A stretch of 64,000 bases of DNA. It comes from Podarcis cretensis. Taxonomy: Eukaryota. Positions 26,501 through 38,500 of this stretch are shown one piece after another. The DNA is taken from the NCBI GenBank assembly GCA_951804945.1, contig OX638153.1, positions 98,952,001 to 99,016,000 of the forward strand. Reading direction: 5' to 3'. The notes under the pieces are model-generated. The model was not told where the DNA came from and searched no databases. It was given only the letters and a program-made list of their open reading frames with translations. The position numbers and the translations under genes are program-made. Every line of letters begins with the position of its first letter. Within the stretch, counting starts at the first letter, position 1.

Positions 26501-29500
26501 CCTCTGTCTGGTTCCCTGTAACCTCACTTCTCGCAATGAGGGGACCGCCAGAAGGCCCTCGGCGCTGGATCTCAGTGTCCGGGCTGAACGATGGGGGTGG
26601 AGACGCTCCTTCAGGTATACAGGACCAAGGTATACAGGATCCAAACCAATAGAGCTTATGTGGTTGTCTAAGGGTGTGTGTCGGGACGCGGGTGGCGCTG
26701 TGGGTTAAAGCCTCAGCGCCTAGGACTTGCCGATCGAAAGGTCGGCGGTTCGAATCCCTGCGGCGGGGTGCGCTCCCGCTGCTCGGTCCCAGCGCCTGCC
26801 AACCTAGCAGTTCGAAAGCACCTCCGGGTGCAAGTAGATAAATAGGGACCGCTTACCAGCGGGAAGGTAAACGGCGTTTCCGTGTGCGGCTCTGGCTCGC
26901 CAGAGCAGCGATGTCACGCTGGCCACGTGACCCGGAAGTGTCTCCGGACAGCGCTGGCCCCTGGCCTCTTAAGTGAGATGGGCGCACAACCCCAGAGTCT
27001 GTCAAGACTGGCCCGTACGGGCAGGGGTACCTTTACCTTTACCTTTAAGGGTGTGTGTGTATTTAGTTTGGCTTATTGTCTTGAGGGCTGCCTGATTATT
27101 AGGATGTGTATCAGTTGTGAAATGGGCAAGTGTCAAATCATTAGCATACTTCATTAACATGCAGGTATTTATTAAAAAGATGGCCCTAAGTTTTTGTGCT
27201 TCTGGTTTATCTGTATTTATAGTCTCAGCATAAGAGGTTCTGTGAATTATTTGAGAGCTCCTAGTTAACCCACAGGCACTTCCTTTCCTTTTGATCACGC
27301 AAAACTCATCAATGAGGTGACTTGAGTGAAGAGAGAGAACTTTCTCCTGCAACTTCTATGATTCCTTTTTAAAACACCTACATCTTTACTGAGCATTGTG
27401 CACAGATTTTAAAAGAAGGCAGTCCTTGCCTACAGGAACTAATAGACATGGTACAAGAGGCAAAAGGGACGGAGAAGGAAATAAGTGAAGTCATGTACTG
27501 CTGCTTACTGTGCTTAATGGCCAGCTTGAATTAATGTACTGGCCAGGGGTGATGGGAAATGTAGTCCAAAGCATGGAGGGTGCCAGGCTGGCCAAGGCTG
27601 AACCAGACAGATTCTGATGTGCACTGCAGTCTTTCTTTTTCTACCACTGTTCTCCCAGGTCTTATGGCAACAGACAGTGGATCCCACTTCAGCTCCCGGG
27701 ACTCGACACACTTGTCTGACTCAGGTTCAGCAGAAGAGGTTGACGAGTATGAGATTAGAGGTAAGATGTAATTGGTATAATGAGCCTTATGCATACGAAG
27801 CTCCCTTATACTGGGACAGTTGGTCCATCTGACCCAAGATTGTTTGCCCAAGTTGACAGTAGCTCTCCAAGGTCCTTGGCAAAAATGCTTCCAGGCACAA
27901 GTCCGAGATCCTTTTTAACTGCAGATTTCAGGGACCGAACCTGGCACCTTCTCAGCAGGACTCTGTGTGCGACTCTGAAGACAATAATCTTTGCCTGCAT
28001 TGTCCAGCTCTTAAAATGGGAGTGACACAGTTCTCTAGTATCAGAACAGTGGGCCCAACAGGAATGGAAAAGCACACACTATGGGCCTTGGGAGGATAAT
28101 TGTGATTATCATTTGCTAGTCTGTCAGCTTGAAACTGTCCTTGCTGATCGGTCCTTCCAGTGAAAATGCAAATTTGAAGGCTGTTGTTACAGTGGGGGGA
28201 GACTTGCCCATGCTTGCTTATTCCAACATGAAACTTACTGTTTGAACCCCCTCCAAAGGCATGTTCACATGGCAGAATCGGGCTGGCTTTTGAAAGGAAG
28301 GATCAGTTCCGAATTTTAAAAATGGGAAGTGTAGAGGAGGTACTTGCACTTGGAACAGCCAAAGCTAGTTGTGCAGAGTGCAGGATCAGTCCCAGTGCAC
28401 ATATTACCAGGGCTGGAGACCACAGTGTGTGTGGAGTTTGGCCATTAGGGAAGTGAGGCAATCCTTATTCTGTCTGTACATGATTACCCTGCTCCTGCCA
28501 AAGAAGAGCATGGCAGAGAAACCAGCCCAGCAAACAGCCTTACAAAAGTTGACTAGAGTAGCCTGGGTGATGCTCCCTAACCCCTGTGGAAGCTTCCTAG
28601 TCAAGTTTGTTCCCCGTCAAACTTTTTAAGAGAGATCAGAGAAACAAAAGTAAATATCTACCTTTTTTGGGGCATCAGCCACAAAACATTGCTGGTTTGA
28701 AACTTGGAAACTCACTTTGAAGCAAGGAATAGCTAAGCAGCCAAGACCCAGAGGAGCAGTTGTGCGGGTGGCCTGGCTGTGCTTGGAATACTGTGTGTTG
28801 GGGTGAGGGAGGAGGGGAAAGGATCAAGAGCTCAGAGTTGGTGGGATCTTCTGAACCCCATAATTCAGTGATTTTCAAACTCTATCCTGTGGAATTCTGG
28901 GACTCCCCAGAAGCCTCTTAGAGGCTCCCCAATGAAGTCAGCTTGCACCAGCAAGGAGGGGGTGTCAATTGCATTATCTGGTGCATTTTGGATTACAGTG
29001 GGGGCCTGGCCAGTACCCTATGTGTGTGTGTGTGCGCACACAGCTATGCTCCAGAATAATTTGTGATGTGCAAGGGTTACTTGGCAGACAAATTTGACAT
29101 GGAAAGAATTCCCTCAGGGTAGAAAATTTGAAAGCCACTGGTCTGGTTTGAAGGGCCCTGTGCTATTGGGAGTCTCTCCTATCCTTGCTCTGGTTGTGCT
29201 TACACCCTCTTTCCCCCCTTCTTCCGCTGACATGCAATATTTTGTCATCACCGTATAATGCAGATGGTAACGATGGATCTAACCTGACTCAAATATCCAA
29301 GAACGGCCTGTCTGTCTCAATGGCTTCCTTGTTTTCAGGTAGTAACTTCGCTCTGTGTGTGTCCGTCTGTCTGTGTCACGTGGGCACAACTAGTTAGATC
29401 ACCCTTGGGGTGTATTGCATGTCATGCCTTAGGTGCTGACCTGTAGTGTTTGCATGTTACAGAATTCCCTCCCTCCCTTCTATAAAAGGTAAAGGTACCC

Positions 29501-32500
29501 CTGCCCGTACGGGCCAGTCTTGACAGACTCTGGGGTTGTGCGCCCATCTCACTTAAGAGGCCAGGGGCCAGCGCTGTCCGGAGACACTTCCGGGTGATGT
29601 GGCCAGCGTGACATCGCTGCTCTGGCAAGCCAGAGCCGCACACGGAAACGCCGTTTACCTTCCCGCTGGTAAGCGGTCCCTATTTATCTACTTGCACCCG
29701 GAGGTGCTTTCGAACTGCTAGGTTGGCAGGCGCTGGGACCGAGCAGCGGGAGCGCACCCCGCCACAGGGATTCGAACCGCCGACCTTTCGATCGGCAAGC
29801 CCTAGGCGCTGAGGCTTTAACCCACAGCGCCACCTGCGTCCCTTTCCTCCCTTCTATAGTCAATGTATATTTCCACCTTTTGGTGCTAAGAATATAAACA
29901 GAGGTGAGAGCAAAACAAAGCAAAATCCATATGGGCCAAAGTCTGGTCTAAACCAGGCGGTTTTGACAAAGCAGCAAAAACCTATCAGTTGTACAACATC
30001 CATGGCCCCACTGTGGGAGGGACATTTCTGTTACAATCTATCTAGGACTTCCTGAGCCCTTTCTTTTGCAGTCCACTGAAGGCTACAAAAGCAGGGATAT
30101 CAAATGCAAACTGTCATATTTTGACTGGCATAGTGACCAGTTTGAACTGTGTTCTCTCTCTCTCTCTCTCTCTCTCTCATACACACACACACACACACAC
30201 ACACATTCTTGAGTGACTAACACATCATAACCAACTTATTTCCCTGTGTGTGTGTTTTGTCGGGTAAGGTAAACAGCTAGCAGCTCCTTCCCTGCATGGC
30301 TTATAAGCTTTCCATTTTACCCCACGGTAGTCTTGTTCACTTCCTACGGTTCTCGCTCTCTTAGCTGCTTGCTAGTGTTGATAGAAGGATTAGGCCAGTG
30401 TGAGCAACTGTGGCTAGCAAAACTTTTAGGGGACCTTTTAAGAATTGACAGACCAGGTTGGATTGATGGCCTTTCTGCCAATGGTGGACAACTAGGTGCC
30501 CTGTGGAAGTTTACAAGCAGGGCCTGATTGTGATCTTCCACATCATAGATAAATAACCCACAATATCTAGCAGTCTGTAACTCCTCCTCTCTGAAATGGG
30601 GGCCGTCAATAGCCACTGCCTTTTAGTTATATAAAGTGTAGTTGCTTTTTAAAGCCATTCGTTATAACAGCCCCCCACAGAATTCTGTCAAAATGGGGTG
30701 GTAGATGATGTTAGGTGAGGGAATATGTGGCTTAAACTGGGGAGCAACCTACTCATGTTCTGATGGGAGAACCCACCTATCAAGTCATGCCTTGGGAGTT
30801 TTGTGTGAACAAAGCGTCTCTTCCTTCCTGGTATGTGCCAACAGGCTCAGGAACTGAGGCCACCTTGGAGGTCTCTGTAGCCGTCTCTCTTCCTAATGGG
30901 AAGGATGCAAACAGCTACGAACCAATGCCTCATGTTTCCAACCAGGCACAAATTGGGGTGGAGAGGATCAGATAAAATTGGGTTAGATGCCAGATGTGGC
31001 TTGTGTTTACTTTAGTCTTAGAAACCTCGAACGCAGGCTCTGACACCCTTCTTGACGTGCTTTCTGTGGATGGTGCAGAAAGTGGGCAGACTTTGAAGTG
31101 GTCCATTGTGAGAAGGCCTTGGCCCATAGGTGAATTTGCCCATCTCTGCTGTAGATGAGTTCCTTGTTGTAAAATTGCGATATGTGTTAACCCATCCAGA
31201 ATCTGTTCGGCATGGCCTTTGCCACGTCTAACCTTCCCCCGCTTCATTTGTGCTGTGATTTAGATGCAGACATCAAGAGGAGTGCAGCTCCCAGCAAGAA
31301 GTCCTTCCACTCCTCAGGCTCCACGTATGTATCTCTGATGTAGCATAAGAACACCATGATGGCTCAGTGAAACACTGGGAAGATTTAGGCTGAAAGGTTG
31401 AAGAAGGGACAATTGGGCGACAAATTTAAGAAAGCTCTAAACAGGCTTCTTCTCTTAGTAATATATCTGAAGTAGAATCTGTGCCATTTGGGAGCCATTT
31501 CTGGTAGTATCAGGGCCAAGAAATGACAAGGATTTAAAGCTCTGCATCTGGGTTGGCTTTCCAGTGTGAAGGAATGGTTGAGGACCAGATTGCAGGTCAC
31601 TGAGGTTCTGGCTAGGCTGAGTCTCGCGGATGGTGGCAGCATACTGCCTCCAGGGGCAGGTTCCAAGTAGATAAAAGCAACTAGGTTCGAGCCAGAAATG
31701 GTGGTTTATTGCTTCTGTGCCAAGAGAGGTGTCAAAAGGTGCCAGCTTGGGTCTTCAGTGGAGACTAACCAAGAGGCTGCTTCCACAGGCAGAGGCACGA
31801 CTGATAGGAGCATCTGTTTTAGCTCCTCCAACTGGCCGTGTCTATATTTTGGTTGGGACATGGGCAGAAATAACAAATGAGGGCTAGATGTGAGAAAGTG
31901 CAGTAAAGTGTCCTTAGGACACTTTTAAGTGAGGCAGAAACAGGGGGAGCCAGATCTTCACTCTGCAGACGTTGCTGGATGACAATTTCCACTGCTCCTG
32001 GGCCAGTTGGGCATGCTGACTGGGGCTGAAGGGATTGGGGAGTTGAGCAATTTCTGGAGCCACGGGTTTCCTGTCCCTGCAGTAAGAGACGAAGAGTGAG
32101 GAATTAAGCACAGGGCTTTGTGGGACCTGTAGGGTTTCAAGATGAACGTTAAGGGGGGATGTACAGGAGAGACCTCCTTTCCTGCTGCTTTGTATCTGTG
32201 CTAATCTCCGCTGCTTTGTCCAACAGCTTCCACTCTTTCCTCAACTCCAACTCGGCGGAGGCTGTGGCCATGGGCCTGCTGAAGCAGTTTGAAGGGATGC
32301 AGCTCCCCGCAGCTTCCGAACTGGAATGGCTTGTGCCGGAGCAAGACGCCCCGCAGAAGGTAGGCTTCCTGAGTTCAGCACCCGCCTACCCTGGGCCAGA
32401 ACAGCACAGTCATTTTGTGCTGTGCCCCCCCCCCTTCCCCTCTCTAGTGGTGGTTTAAACTTAGCCACTTTATGGCGGTGGGCAGCAAACACTTAATGTG

Positions 32501-35500
32501 CTGGATGTGGTGGCTTTTAAGCATGGTCACAACCACTCTAGATTAAAAGGGCAAAGGCCAGGTGATGTGGCCAGCCCATCCAGCGGCTCAGGTGGCAAGG
32601 GCAACAAGACCTACGTTTGCACAACACAGTGGGAGATACTACTGACACTGGGATCGGTAGGGAGCAGGAACCAACGTGGCCAAGGGACTGATGGGAGTTG
32701 TAATCCGAAACTTCTGGATGAAGGAGGCTGGGAATTGGTGTTTTGCCCTTTCTATCATGTGCATTGACCACTGACCAGGGCTGTGGCTGATAAAAGTGAG
32801 CTATGTGGTCTGTGAAATTTAGCTGTGGCATAGGGACAGGTTGCTCTGCAGCCAACGCAGAGAAAAGGAGCAAAAGATCAGATGTTTCAATAGGAGGAGC
32901 GTGGCAATCTGAAGTGCCTCCAAAAGCTTTCACCAGGCCCACCTCTGTTCCTGCTTCTCTTCCCAGGAGCAGGGAAGACTTGTTCAGGGAGCGACCTTGA
33001 TAGATCATTTGCTGTTGGTTTTCAGGGCCCAAGACTGTGTCTTAAAAGGCTTCTTAAGCGGCCCAAGTGGTATAAGAAAAGACAGCTTTGCAAAAAGTTG
33101 CTGCTGGTATGTCCCGAATGGGAAGTGTGCCCAGGGAGTGTCGTGTTTACTGCGTGCTCTAACAGCCTTTATGAATGGCCCGTCTGAAGGGGCCCAGGGT
33201 GTGTGAGTGTTGTGGCTGCGCTCTCTGCATGGAAGGCTTTGGTTTAGAGTGGTTTGTTGTGGCTGCTCAGTAGAAAATCAGGTTTATAATCAGGGCTGGC
33301 CACACCTGAAGCCAAAAGACTGCAAATACAAGCCAGCTCAGTGTGACTGGCACCAATCAGTAGCCACCTAAACGTGTGGGTCCAGGCTGCATGCCTCAGC
33401 CTCCACCTCAGCTGTGATTTTGCTGACATTTGACAGCTTCTTGATTTGTGGGAATTCAATGGCCAGAGGAAGAAAGGTGTCTTAGGCATGCTTACAGTCC
33501 TACAGCACTGGGGCACAGCAGGGCATTTTGATGCAGAATTCAGCACCCTGAGAATCTTGGTATGTTTTAAAAGCAAAAAGCCTCCAGCCCTTAAAGCTGC
33601 CATAAAGAACTTGAGTAGACATGGGCTGTGCTGGTTGAAATCCCAGAATCTAAACCAAGGCTGTGCAGGAGTGTGTGGTCAGGGTGTGGAACGTCGGAGC
33701 TCTGCATCGCTCCTTAAACAAGTTCTGTGTGCTCTTCTAATTTTGTCTATTTCAAACCACAGGCTTTGCTTGTATGTGAGAGCGTGAGGCCTTTTAGGGA
33801 GGCAGCAGTCATGCAAGTCACACCGGGAGGAATTCCAGCAAGCGTAATGGCCCTGTTTATATACTTCAGTGGGGTGTAAGGGCCCACCCAGCGCTGATAC
33901 TCTGTGCTGGAGACAGTGAAGCATTTCTGCTCCTTGGTCGCCTTGCAGTTCAGTTCTGCGTTGGCTTTACAAAGGCGCTTCAGTGGTGACCTGCGGTTCT
34001 GCTCCGAAGTTGCTCTGCGAGATGCTGCTTTCTTCCGTTTGCCGTAGTTTTGGGGCTGTTGTTGCTCTCCACCCACTCCCCACTTCACACTCTCAGTTCG
34101 ACAGTGGGCTCTGTTCACAAGGGATCACTGATTGTCGACTTCCTCTTGGGTAATGGCAAAAGGAAGCTCTTCTTTCAGCAGTCAGGAATTCCAAAGTGCC
34201 CTCTTGTTAAGGTTGTGTGCACTCTGGGATTACAAAGTTTCACGTACGCGTGAAATATGAAAAGCGAGGGTGGTGGGCAGGGAGGGGACCGTGACGTGAG
34301 ATTCTGCACTTGTGCAACAGAAATAACATGGAGGACGCCGTCACACGTAGCAGTTTACCACTGGATTGTGGAATAGCCACGGGATTGCTATAGCAGCATT
34401 GACTTAGTGCTTAAATTATTTCCAGAAGATTCTGCAGTAACCAGATCTTGCCTACTTGCTTGTTGGCTAACCATGGAAGCTCTGTGCCCAGACCCAGGTG
34501 CATGTTTGCATTGTGAGTCTTGTTCTCCTCCTGCAGCTCTTGCCAATTCCCGATTCTGTGCCCATCTCTCCCGACGATGGGGAACACGCGGACATCTATA
34601 AACTCCGTATCCGGGTCCGAGGGAACTTGGAGTGGGCGCCTCCCCGGCCACAGATAATCTTCAATATCCACCCAGCACCAACGTAAGGAGACAGGTGGTT
34701 TTCAAGCCTGCAGTGTCCTCTGTCTTTCCCTTCCTCTTTCCTAATATGCCCATTCATGCCCTTGCTAGAATCTGCCAACAGCAGCAAGAGGATTTTTCCC
34801 CTCTTCATAAAAACTTAGAAGTTGTCTTTAAGAATGGAAGCCTTACTCACAAAGGAAGCTGCCTTATGCTGAGTCAGACTGTTGCACCATCTACTAGAGG
34901 ATGAGAAAGCGTCTGGGAGGTGGCTTTCTCATGAGTTGCTTGATGACCAGCCAAAATAGAGCGACTGGTGAGAGTGTCCTCTCCGTGGCCTCTTCCCTAG
35001 CTCATGTCTGGTGGGTGGTGGCATTCTGCAAGCACAGGCCTTTTCTCAGAAATCTAGTGGTCCTTGTGGTTTAAGAACAGGCTTGGAAATGGACAAGTGT
35101 CTTTTGTCCTTTATAATAACATTGCATGGCCATGTAGAGGGTTTTTTTAATTGCATATTCAAATGCTGCATGTTAAATCCTCATAACATTTTCCTTAGCA
35201 GCCCACTCCCTGCCCCCAAGATAGGAGGCTGAGATCTATCTATCCTCTGTCTGCACACATACATAGCACGTGTTTTGTGTGTCTGCAGGAGAAAGGTGGC
35301 AGTGGCCAAGCAGAACTATCGCTGTGCCGGATGTGGCATCAGGACAGACCCTGGTGAGTGCTGGATTTGGCAGAGTTCTTGAGGCCCTGTTTATGTTATT
35401 TTATGTTACTTGGTTTTTAAAAAAGCACTTTATAGATAGCTTAATATTTTAGAAATCTCTTAAGCAGTGTACAAGATTTTTAAAATTAAAAATACAGTTT

Positions 35501-38500
35501 AAAACTAATAAAACAACTATATGGGGGCATATAAAACAGGAATTGTAGGATTCAAAGCATTTCATGCAGGATCTGAACTTGCAGGTTGGGGAAGCCCAGG
35601 TGAAAGGTAAATCTTCACAAGACATCTGAAGCAACTGATAGCTGCTGTTTCACATATGACAGAGGGAAGGGCATTCCAAAATAAGGGACAATAGCAAAAA
35701 ATGCTTATTTTCAGGTCAGCACCCTCAGATTTTCTGCAGGGTGCAATGGCGTGTGTAGAATTTTCCCAGATGGCCTGAATTGATATTATAACTGAATGCA
35801 GGAGGAGGCAGTCTCTCACATAATAAGAAGTCATTGGACATAGCCCAGTAGCTGTTTGGCAACTAGTGCAGTTTCTTCAACACTGCCTGAACCTTGAAAG
35901 ATTTTGTCTTAAAAGGTGGGTGGTATTAATCTGATTTGAGTGGGGCGCCTGTGTATTAATTACTGTTGGCCACTTTGTTCTGAACAGAAAAGCAAAATAT
36001 AATCAACCAACTTTGTGGTTCAAAGCATGAACTGGTAGGGACGAAATTCACATTCCATATATTTATGTACACATGCCCTACACTGGGGGTGTTGAAACTG
36101 GCACCTTGGGCAAGATACCTTCCTTTTGTTCTCGGGATGACTTGTGGATAGGCTCAGCCCCTTTTCCCAGGAGGAGTCTGAACACATTCATTCATTCATT
36201 CATTCATTCATTCATTCATTCTCTCTCTCTCTCTCTCTTTCTTTCTCTTTCTGTCTCCCTCTCCACAACCCCTGTCCCTTCAGACTACATCAAGCGCATG
36301 CGCTATTGTGAGTACCTGGGTAAATACTTCTGCCAGTGTTGCCATGAAAACGCTCAGATGCTCATCCCCAGCCGCATTCTGCGCAAGTGGGACTTCAGCA
36401 AATATTGCATCAGCAATTTCTCCAAGGACCTGCTAAGCAAGATCTGGAGCGACCCCCTCTTCAATGTGCAGGACATCAACACTGCCCTCTACCGCAAGGT
36501 CAAGCCGCTCAACCAAGTCAGGGTAAGGCAGACGGAGTGTGAGGTGCCCCGTGAGGCCATCCCTACCCTGCAAGTGTAGCTTTTATACCTGCTTTTAAGT
36601 GTCAGGGCTCCTGCCAAAGCTGTCTCGGGAACTGTAGATTTGTGAGAAAGCTTGGGGATCCTGTAACAAAGAACAAGTAGAACAACGTTCTGCAACCCGG
36701 TGTGACTTTATAGCTTATATTTCAAACGAGGACCTGCAAAGTTCCTTGCCTGCACCTAAGAAAGAAACATGGTTCTTCTAAATAGTTTAATATGCATATA
36801 TTGAATTGTATTTGTCATTATTGCATAAGCATCTTTTCACTTTCTGTGCCTGCGTGCAATGGGAAAGAATTCTGTTACATATCCCTATTCAGAACTGCAA
36901 ATCCCACAGTTCCCTGGGTTCCAATATGTGTGGGAAAGGAGCAGATACATGTTCTTAGGGTACGTCCCACTCCCCACCACCCATATCTGGAAATACGTCA
37001 TTCTCTTCTACATGCAGGGGCCAATTTGCACCCACCCACCCTTTTTTTTTTGAGAGAGAAAATTACTGTTTGAATCTGAGCCAAGCGTGCAAACCTCTAG
37101 GTCCATCTTTTCCATTTTTTTGAGCCGAGCCTGCGCCTCTGTCACTCACTTCAACCTTATGCATAGAAATCCTGCCTCAAGCACATTTGCAGAGGCCCTT
37201 CATTTTCATTTTATTTCTTTAAACCTCTGCTCAAAATCTTCCATTCGTGTAAATTGCTTTTTTATAGTAGCTTTTCCCACCCCTGGAACTGTGTGTGTGC
37301 AGCAACTGTTACTGAGCACAGGATTCAGCATCCTCAGAATCTCAGTGCTTTTTTACATTTATATAAAGTTTCTAACCCTTAAGGCTGTGCAGATCACCTT
37401 GAAAGTGTGTGGTTGAAACCTGGTGAAATCTCAGAGCAACAGAAAGGACAGGATTTCTGGGGCGTGGAGCTACAGCGCCCTGCAGAATACTCTGCTCCAC
37501 CCCAGAACTACAGAAATGAGTAACCTAAGCCAAAACTGTCAGATGCAGCGAATTTGCATGCCACTTACACAGACTGGCGTTTCTAAAGCAACAAAGCATA
37601 CCCAAACCTGCCTGGGGCAAGTTTTATTGTTATTTCTTCTAGCTCTTGCACCTGGTTGTTGTTTTTTAATTTCCCTTTTTCATTTCCCCCTTCCTCTTTA
37701 ACCATGCATCCCACTGGGTTGGGGAAACACGACAGTCCCTTTTGAGGCAGGGCCAAGTCCTGGGTTTCTGTTCAACTCCTTGCTGTGACACACATACCTA
37801 ATACTTCTAAAATGAAAGAAGCCTTCCAACCTGAGGTTTTCTATTCCACTTGGTCTTTTTTTTAAAAAAAAAAATTATTAAGAGTTTAAAGATTACCAAA
37901 AGAAAGAAAAAGAATTAAACATGACAATATAATAAAATACAAAAAACAAAAACAAAAACACTACATGAAACATTGAATTAACAAAACAAAACAAAGACAA
38001 TTAAAAACACTTCCAATATTTTCAATCTTAACTTTCAATCACTTGTTTCATTGACTTCCTCACGCCTCCCTTTTTGTATTCCACTTCAATTAACTGTTTC
38101 AGCAATTCCTTTCCATCTTCCTCTGTTTTCTGTCCTGTAATTAACATATTCTAAGCTTATTTTTTCCCTTTAATACATCAACAATCTAACTGTACCTAGT
38201 TCCTTATAACATTTCTGCCAAAGCCATGTAACTTCACTCCACCACTATTTCACTTGGTCTTTTCCAGCTGCTGAGAATCCAGCTGTACCACATGAAGAAC
38301 ATGTTCAAGACCTGCCGCCTAGCAAAAGCGTAAGTGCTGTGGGATGCAAGCAAAACGACAGAAGCCCAGCAATGGGGTGGGGGTGGGGGTGGGGCGCAGA
38401 AACAGTAGTGGACTCCTCCCAGTGCACTCCTCCCAGATAGCTGCATCTCCTCCTACAGAACGTCTATAGGACATGCTCTTGAACCACAAGGAACCTGGGC

